From Patescibacteria group bacterium (GTDB lineage Bacteria > Patescibacteriota > Patescibacteriia > JACRDY01), in contig JBAZBH010000005.1 in NCBI GenBank assembly GCA_041671565.1, positions 3,083 to 67,082 of the forward strand: a DNA stretch of 64,000 nt, written 5' to 3'. The notes below the pieces were generated by a model. It saw only the letters and a list, made by a program, of their open reading frames with translations, searched no databases and was not told where the DNA came from. Positions 58,076 through 64,000 of this stretch are shown one piece after another; the stretch's first letter is position 1, and every line of letters starts with the position of its first letter. Both the position numbers and the translations under genes were made by a program.

Positions 58076-59053
58076 ATGTTTAAGAAAAAATACGACTTTG
58101 TGGCAGTCGGCGGGGCGACCCGTGATTTTATGTTTTATGATTCGGTGGGCGCGTTTTGCCGGACGCCAGAGGATTTAACACGCCAAAAAAACTTGTGCTT
58201 TGAATACGGCGCTAAAATTGAAGTAGAGAAAACTTATCTGACATTTGGCGGCGGCGCGGCCAACGCGGCGGTGAACTTTGCTAATCTCGGTTTCAAGGCG
58301 GCGGTTTTGGTTGCCGCGGGCGATGACGAAAACGGCTTAGCTATTATTAACAATTTTAAAAAGCGCGGCGTGGATACCCGCTTGATTGAGACTAAATCCC
58401 GGCAATTGACCGGTTTTTCTTTTATTCTCACCGCCGGACAAGAGAAAGAGCATGTGGCTTTTCTCCACCGTGGAGCCAATAACCAGCTAGCGGCGGCGGA
58501 AAAAACTTTCAAACAGCTTAAAACCAAATGGTGGTATGTGGCTTCGCTTTCTGGCGCTAATTGGCCAGCGATTCTTGACCGAGTTTTTACCGCTGGCGGC
58601 TCAGTCGCTTGGAATCCGGGCGGCCGGCAACTCCACGCCGGTTACGGCAAACTGAAAAAGTATTTAGAAAAGACGGAGATTTTAGCATTAAATAAAGACG
58701 AGGCGATTGAATTAGTGCTAAGTTTGCCGGGCAAAGACGCCAGCCAGATTAATAATACTAAGTATTTACTGAAAACTTTGAAAGCTGTTGGTCCCAAAAC
58801 CGTCTTGATTACTTCCGGCCGCGCCGGGGCGGACGCGTTTGATGGGAAAAAATATTGCCATCAGCGGGCGACCAGCGACCCGAAAAAAGTGGTGGACACG
58901 ACCGGGGTGGGTGACTGTTTTGATTCAACTTTTGTTGCCGCTTTAATGAAATACCCGGGCGACATCAAGAAAGCCTTGGCGCTGGCGGTAAAAAACGCTT
59001 CATCACTTACAACTAAGGTGGGGGCGCAGAATGGGATGATAAAGGTGATTTAA
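58076..59053 (+). CDS. PfkB-family carbohydrate/nucleoside kinase (ribokinase/adenosine kinase-like)
   Basis: N-terminal GG motif region (VAVGGATRD...GGGAANAAV) and C-terminal DTTGVGDCFDSTFVAAL anion-hole motif. Confidence 0.8.
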   Translation: MFKKKYDFVAVGGATRDFMFYDSVGAFCRTPEDLTRQKNLCFEYGAKIEVEKTYLTFGGGAANAAVNFANLGFKAAVLVAAGDDENGLAIINNFKKRGVDTRLIETKSRQLTGFSFILTAGQEKEHVAFLHRGANNQLAAAEKTFKQLKTKWWYVASLSGANWPAILDRVFTAGGSVAWNPGGRQLHAGYGKLKKYLEKTEILALNKDEAIELVLSLPGKDASQINNTKYLLKTLKAVGPKTVLITSGRAGADAFDGKKYCHQRATSDPKKVVDTTGVGDCFDSTFVAALMKYPGDIKKALALAVKNASSLTTKVGAQNGMIKVI

Positions 59054-59094
59054 GAATTAGGATTTAAGATTTAAGAATGTCAATTACCGGCGTC

Positions 59095-59250
59095 TAAGCC
59101 TCTGAACCTAATTAAAATGTCCAATATCCAAATCCCAATGTCCAATCAATGTCCAATGACCAAAGGTGGTAATTGGGTATTGGTTATTGGGATTTGATTG
59201 GTCATTGGAGCTTGGGCATTGGGCATTTTATAGGTAATTATAAAATTGTA
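59095..59250. repeat. intergenic word-palindrome (CCAATG family, same words as 17210..17290 and 41740..41830)
   Basis: aatgtccaatatccaaatcccaatgtccaatcaatgtccaatgaccaaaggtggtaattgggtattggttattgggatttgattggtcattggagcttgggcattgggcatttt. Confidence 0.65.
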
Positions 59251-59259
59251 ATTAAGTTT

Positions 59260-61377
59260 ATGTTAGATAAGCTATTTTCTCCTCGGTCGGTGGCCGTCAT
59301 CGGCGCCTCGCGCGATAAACAGAAGCTGGGCCATCAGGTGCTCGCTAATATCCTGAAATATGGCTATCGGGGCAAAGTTTATCCGGTTAATCCGGCGGCT
59401 GGCAAAATTTTGGGTTTGAAATGTTATCGCTCAGCCTTAGAAATCAAGGGCGCGGTTGATTTGGCGGTAGTGGCGGTGCCAGCCGCGGTGGTGCCACAAG
59501 TACTTGCCGAGTGCGGCCAGAAGAAAATTCCGTCTGCCATTGTGATTTCGGCCGGATTCAAAGAAATCGGCGGCGCCGGCGCGATTTTGGAAGCGGAGAT
59601 TAAAGCGATTGCCAAACAATATAGCATTAATCTTTTGGGGCCGAATTGCCTGGGGATTATGGATGTTGTTAGCCGCCTAAACGCTTCGTTTGCCGACGGT
59701 ATGATTAGTCCCGGCGGCGCGGCTTTCTTTTCCCAGTCCGGCGCGGTAGGCACAGCAATGTTGGACTGGTCCAAACAGAATAATTTTGGCTTTTCGCGGT
59801 TTATTAGCCTCGGCAATAAAGCCGATATTTCCGAAAATGAGATTTTGGAGTTTCTTGCTGAGGACAAAAATACCAAAGTGATCTTGGGTTATCTGGAAGG
59901 CTTTACCGACGGGCGGAAGTTTTTGGCAGTTTGCCAGAAAGCAACCGCTCTGAAGCCGGTGATTATTCTCAAAGCCGGCCGGACGGCAGCCGGGAAAAGG
60001 GCGATCACTTCCCATACCGGCGCGCTCGCCGGGCAGAATGAAGTGACCGCCGCCGCTCTCAAACAAGCCGGCGCGATTCAAGTTGATTCATTAAACGAGC
60101 TGTTTGACTACGCGCGGCTGTTCGCCAGTCAGCCCTTGATCCGGGGCAACCGGTTGGCAATTGTCGCTAATGCCGGCGGACCGAGCGTGATGGCAACTGA
60201 CGCGGTGGTAGAAAGCGGTTTGCAACTGGCTAAACTTTCTGACTCGACTCTAAAAAAATTAAAAGCGGGTTTACCGGCCACGGCCGCGATTCATAATCCC
60301 GTGGATTTAGTCGGTGACGCGCGGGCTGATCGGTTCGAGCTCGGCTTAAACGCGGTGCTGTCTGACAAAGCGGTTGACGCTGCGCTCGCGATTTTGACCC
60401 CGCAGACCATGACCGAGGTAACTAAAACCGCCGAGGTAATAGTTAGTTTGAGCCGGAAATATGGCAAAACCGTGGCGACGAGTTTTATCGGTGGGGCAAA
60501 AGTGGAACCGGGGATTAAAATTTTAACCACGGGCGGAGTGCCGAATTTTCTTTATCCGGAGGCGGGGGTGAGGGCGATGGGGGCAATGGCGGGGTATCAG
60601 AGAGCTAGAAAGTTAGAAAGCCAGAAAGTTAGGATGCGGGTGGTTGATTTAAAAACATGGAAAGTGGTGGGAGGGTTATTAAACGGGGGTGGGGAACAGG
60701 TGGGGTGGCAGACAGCTGAAGAAATACTGAAGATTTATAAAATCCCGATGGTTAAGTCGGCGGTGGCGGCGGATGCCGGGGTGGCGGTTAAACTGGCTGG
60801 CAAGTTTAAGTATCCGGTGGTGCTGAAAGTCGCGGCCAAGAAGCTCCTCCATAAAACCGACGCCGGCGGGGTGCTGGTTGGATTGAAAACCGCGGGCGAA
60901 GTTGAAACGGGCTTTAAAAAACTGAATAAAATCGCCAAAAAATTTGGCGGGGAAGTGTTAATCCAGCCGCAAATTCTGGGCGGGCGAGAGATAATTATGG
61001 GCGTCCGCCGCGACCCGCAGTTTGGGCCGGTGGTGATGTTTGGCCTAGGCGGGATTTACACGGAAATTTTGAAAGATGTGGTGTTCCGCGTGGCGCCGCT
61101 GGATCAGGCCGAGTCTTTAAAAATGATTCAGGAAATTAAGGCGTTCAAGCTGCTTAGCGGCGCGAGAGGGGAAAAAGGCGTTAAACTCGCGGCGCTCGCC
61201 GACATGCTCTGTAAACTTTCCGAGTTGGCAACGGACTTTCCGCAGATTGAGGAGGTGACGCTGAACCCGGTACTCGCTACAACTAAAGGTTGTTTGGCGG
61301 TAGATGTGAGAATAATTACGAATTACGAATTAAGAATTAAAGTCAAAAGGCAAAATTTAAAAGTTAAGGAGAATTAA
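59260..61377 (+). CDS. acetate--CoA ligase (ADP-forming) family protein (CoA-binding, succinyl-CoA-synthetase-like and ATP-grasp domains, fused)
   Basis: CoA-binding N-terminus (SPRSVAVIGASRD...GYRGKVYPVNP), ligase-CoA domain, C-terminal ATP-grasp (YPVVLKVAAKKLLHKTDAGGV). The start is taken at the ATG 59260 because the track start 59173 runs through the CCAATG palindrome. The C-terminal 20 aa are encoded by TACGAAT/AAGAATT word repeats. Confidence 0.7.
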   Translation: MLDKLFSPRSVAVIGASRDKQKLGHQVLANILKYGYRGKVYPVNPAAGKILGLKCYRSALEIKGAVDLAVVAVPAAVVPQVLAECGQKKIPSAIVISAGFKEIGGAGAILEAEIKAIAKQYSINLLGPNCLGIMDVVSRLNASFADGMISPGGAAFFSQSGAVGTAMLDWSKQNNFGFSRFISLGNKADISENEILEFLAEDKNTKVILGYLEGFTDGRKFLAVCQKATALKPVIILKAGRTAAGKRAITSHTGALAGQNEVTAAALKQAGAIQVDSLNELFDYARLFASQPLIRGNRLAIVANAGGPSVMATDAVVESGLQLAKLSDSTLKKLKAGLPATAAIHNPVDLVGDARADRFELGLNAVLSDKAVDAALAILTPQTMTEVTKTAEVIVSLSRKYGKTVATSFIGGAKVEPGIKILTTGGVPNFLYPEAGVRAMGAMAGYQRARKLESQKVRMRVVDLKTWKVVGGLLNGGGEQVGWQTAEEILKIYKIPMVKSAVAADAGVAVKLAGKFKYPVVLKVAAKKLLHKTDAGGVLVGLKTAGEVETGFKKLNKIAKKFGGEVLIQPQILGGREIIMGVRRDPQFGPVVMFGLGGIYTEILKDVVFRVAPLDQAESLKMIQEIKAFKLLSGARGEKGVKLAALADMLCKLSELATDFPQIEEVTLNPVLATTKGCLAVDVRIITNYELRIKVKRQNLKVKEN

Positions 61378-61512
61378 AATAGCGGAGTAACGGGGCTTTC
61401 CTGTCCGCCGAAGCCCGGAGGGCGTAGGTGGATAGCCCCGTTGCGCTCGGATAAAAAAACACCCGCCGAGTGCGGCGGGGAGTTGGGGTGATGTGGATGA
61501 TGGAGATGGAGC

Positions 61513-62424
61513 TCAAAATGTCGGTTTTTTGGTGACGCGCTCGGTCAAGCTCCGACCAATGTAGCAGACGATAAAGAGCACGAAGGTCATCGCAAGGACT
61601 CCCAGAACGAGGTAAATTATCCTCTCGTCGGGAAAATCAGTGACATTTTGTTGTACGCCGTCTATTGCTATCAATGCCCAGCTCGGCGTGGCGGCGAGGA
61701 GGAGAAAGCCGATAAGGAGAAAAGCTTTCAAGGTTGATTTTTTGGGTCGAATAATCATCTGGCCAATGTAGCTGATTACAAAGACCACGAAGATTATCGC
61801 GATGATTGCCAGGACAAGGAAAGCAATCCCGTCGTCAAAGTCAGTGACGATACTGTCTCGGAGTGCCCAACCCGGTTTGGCGAGTAGGAGGAGAAAGCCG
61901 GCAAGAAGCAATTTCAAAGGCGAGTTGTTATTACGAGAATTGCGAATCGCCGAACGGACAATCCAGCCGGTGAATAGTATAATCATACTAATGCCGATAA
62001 CTCCGCAGACAATTCTTTCTCCTATAGTGGCAGACGAATCGATGTGTTGATCAAAGATAGAAGAGGGGTCATGCATCGCCCAGGCTGTCGTAGTGGCGAA
62101 GAGCCATAAGCCGACGGCGCAGATCAGGCTGGCGGCGATTAACGAGTGTTTAATTCCGCGCGCCAAGCATGCCAAGCAACACCTTGATAATTTAATCAAG
62201 AGGTCGATTGCCCATGGCGCCACTAACGCCAAGAGAAAGGTAGTCACAAATAACCCTCCAATCATTGCGTCTGACCCAGAACCTACTGATTTGGGCGCAA
62301 AGGTATCTGTCGCCCAACTTGGCGCCGCGGAAAGCGCGAGCAGGACGAGCATGAAGATTTTTAATGTGATTTTCATGATGGACTCCTGGCGGTTGGCGGT
62401 TTGAGTGATTTTTCGTGCTTCCAA
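61513..62424 (-). CDS. hypothetical membrane protein with three tandem about 65-aa two-TM repeat modules
   Basis: Modules LKLLLAGFLLLLAKPGWALRDSIVTDFDDGIAFLVLAIIAIIFVVFVISYIGQMIIRPKK / LKAFLLIGFLLLAATPSWALIAIDGVQQNVTDFPDERIIYLVLGVLAMTFVLFIVCYIGRSLTERVTKK and a more diverged first module. Confidence 0.4.
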   Translation of the reverse strand: MEARKITQTANRQESIMKITLKIFMLVLLALSAAPSWATDTFAPKSVGSGSDAMIGGLFVTTFLLALVAPWAIDLLIKLSRCCLACLARGIKHSLIAASLICAVGLWLFATTTAWAMHDPSSIFDQHIDSSATIGERIVCGVIGISMIILFTGWIVRSAIRNSRNNNSPLKLLLAGFLLLLAKPGWALRDSIVTDFDDGIAFLVLAIIAIIFVVFVISYIGQMIIRPKKSTLKAFLLIGFLLLAATPSWALIAIDGVQQNVTDFPDERIIYLVLGVLAMTFVLFIVCYIGRSLTERVTKKPTF

Positions 62425-62606
62425 AGTTCTTTAGCGACAACGATCACCACGAAAGACATGGTGATGCCGAGCATTGTATTGATCGCCCAAGACGGCAGAG
62501 GCGTGTTGACGCCCCAAGTTCCGGTTGTCCAGAAGACGGCGACCGCGGTGCCGGCAACGCCGACCAAAGCGATGGTCAGTAAAACGAAGAAGGTTTTAAT
62601 ACTCAT
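62373..62606 (-). CDS. small hypothetical membrane protein (uncertain)
   Basis: 77-aa hydrophobic ORF overlapping the start of the previous gene; could be spurious. Confidence 0.2.
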   Translation of the reverse strand: MSIKTFFVLLTIALVGVAGTAVAVFWTTGTWGVNTPLPSWAINTMLGITMSFVVIVVAKELWKHEKSLKPPTARSPS

Positions 62607-62782
62607 TTGCGTTTTTCTCCCTAAGTTTAGATTGTCAAAGTAGCTAATTTAAGCCTAATATAACTTTGGTTAAAAGTCAACCAAATCGGTAACCGGTAAC
62701 TGGTAATCAGTAATCGGGGCCCAAGATGCGTTCTGGTTGCTGATTATCAATTATTAATTTCCGAATTAAATCCGAATTAAAT

Positions 62783-63040
62783 ATGATAACTAAGTGCCAA
62801 TTTTGCCAAAAGGAGTTTAAAATTATTACTCAGGAAGAGGCGTTTTATAGTAAGGCCGGTTTGCCTTTGCCGACGGCTTGCCCGGACTGCCGGCGGGAGC
62901 GGCGGCTGAAATTCAAGAATCCCCGCCAGCTGAATAAGCGGGCTTGCGCCAAGTGCGGCGCGGAAGTGATTACCACTTATCCGGCGGATTTTTTGCCTCC
63001 GGTTTATTGTTCCAAGTGCTTTGAAGAAAATTTCAACTAA
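62783..63040 (+). CDS. hypothetical zinc-ribbon protein (4 CxxC pairs)
   Basis: CQFCQ...CPDCRRE...CAKCGAE...CSKCFEE. Confidence 0.35.
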   Translation: MITKCQFCQKEFKIITQEEAFYSKAGLPLPTACPDCRRERRLKFKNPRQLNKRACAKCGAEVITTYPADFLPPVYCSKCFEENFN

Positions 63041-63207
63041 TGCCAATTATGCTAATTATTTGCTAGTATTTACTGATAATTCACGGAATTAGATTTATTC
63101 ATCTAACTGGAAGCGATGCGAATGCTACGAATTACCCCAGCATACGCGGGGCAGGCATGCGAATCTACGAATAATAAGGGATTTAATTAGCACAATTGGT
63201 AACTAAT

Positions 63208-64000
63208 ATGTCCGACTATCTTAAAACCTTTCGGGATTTGTATTATTCCCAGCCGTTTAAAGATGTCCAGAGCTATAATACGGATAATTGCCCTTACGGC
63301 GACTTTATTTTTAATTCCAAAGATTGCTATTTGTCGTTTGAGCTGGGCGGCTCGCAGAATTGCCTAATGATGGACAACTGCATGAAATGCCAGGACTGCG
63401 CCGATTGCTCTTACACCAAGTATTGCCAGCTTTGTTCCAATTCTTTGCACCTGGAGCATTGTTATGACTGCCATTTTTGCCATTACGCCAATAATTGTTT
63501 AAACTGTCTGTATTCGGCCGAGTTGTTTAACTGCCATGATTGCTTGGGCTGTTACGGGCTGAAGCATCAGCAGTATCGGATTTTTAACCAGCCGTTTGCC
63601 AAAGACGATTATGAAGCTAAATATCGTGAGCTTTTAGTCGAGCCGGAAAAAATTCAGGCAGAACTGCAGGCTTTGAAAAACCGCCTCGGTTATCGCGCCA
63701 ATTATCTCCGCAACAGCGACAATTGCGCTGGCGATTATCTGGTTGACTGCCATAATTGCTACGAGTGCTATGATGTGAACAACGGCCAGGATTCGGCTTA
63801 TTTGCAGGATTGCTTTTACGCCTCGCACAAGGAGGACTGCTTTGACATCGAAAACGGCGGCGGCTTGGAGCTTTGTTCCAATAGTTACAGTTTGGGTTAC
63901 GGCTATAACTCGCATTTTTGCCTGTTTTCCACCACCATGAACAATTGTCAGTATTGCGCCCGTTGCCGCAATTGCACTGATTGCTTTGCCTCGGTGTATC
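63208..64000 (+). CDS. cysteine-rich repeat protein, 3'-truncated at window edge
   Basis: ATG at 63208; frame open to the end of the window; dense repeated (D/N)C..C..C..C spacing (DNCMKCQDCADCSYTKYCQLC...CYDCHFCHYANNCLNCLY...CHDCLGCYG...); not in the ORF track because it has no stop. Confidence 0.5.
   Translation, partial: MSDYLKTFRDLYYSQPFKDVQSYNTDNCPYGDFIFNSKDCYLSFELGGSQNCLMMDNCMKCQDCADCSYTKYCQLCSNSLHLEHCYDCHFCHYANNCLNCLYSAELFNCHDCLGCYGLKHQQYRIFNQPFAKDDYEAKYRELLVEPEKIQAELQALKNRLGYRANYLRNSDNCAGDYLVDCHNCYECYDVNNGQDSAYLQDCFYASHKEDCFDIENGGGLELCSNSYSLGYGYNSHFCLFSTTMNNCQYCARCRNCTDCFASVY

Overview
The window is AT-rich and gene-dense, with many short genes and many hypothetical proteins. By inference only, it resembles a small-genome Patescibacteria/CPR-like bacterium. 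All calls rest on reading the sequence and recalling motifs; no database search or structure prediction was run.

Housekeeping content, in order:
- Fe-S cluster operon at 3.4-6.8 kb: Rrf2/IscR-like regulator, IscU/NifU scaffold, a kinase-like gene, an Nfu-like gene, and cysteine desulfurase.
- A split cell-wall/division (dcw) cluster: mraY, then murD-ftsW-murG.
- tRNA-Lys, a PpiC-type parvulin, and tRNA-Thr/Gly on the minus strand.
- An RlpA-like protein, ftsE-ftsX, tRNA-Gln(TTG), and a beta-CASP MBL-fold RNase.
- gyrB, rodA, rplY, and the prmC-prfA-rpmE block.
- A HlyD-MacB-type ABC efflux set.
- A CIRCE operator followed by hrcA-grpE-dnaK, then dnaJ after an inserted cassette.
- dnaX, tRNA-Gln(CTG), corA, a PfkB kinase, and an ADP-forming acetyl-CoA synthetase-like protein.

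Accessory content worth a closer look:
- About 5.8 kb of defence genes sit exactly between mraY and murD. They include a MmeI-family type IIL restriction-modification enzyme, an orphan RM C-terminal fragment, and a convergent Panacea-domain antitoxin / HigB-2-like toxin pair.
- The same island has a full-length LexA-like (winged HTH plus S24 peptidase) gene translationally overlapping a MazF/PemK toxin, with no MazE. This is the best candidate for an undescribed system: a DNA-damage-gated toxin module.
- The same ~50-nt repeat is inserted in-frame in murG and dnaX and also occurs intergenically, in the manner of Rickettsia palindromic elements (RPEs).
- Intergenic regions are built from long palindromes of tandem short words. 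Several structured repeat families recur, including a ~170-nt element whose outer stem covaries between two copies.
- A ~70-nt hairpin element resembling a miniature inverted-repeat transposable element (MITE) has an 8-bp flanking direct repeat. A GC-rich element with terminal inverted repeats lies next to a five-gene AT-rich cassette between dnaK and dnaJ.
- A GC-rich island (about 45.3-47.9 kb) encodes two paralogous secreted or membrane cysteine-rich proteins.
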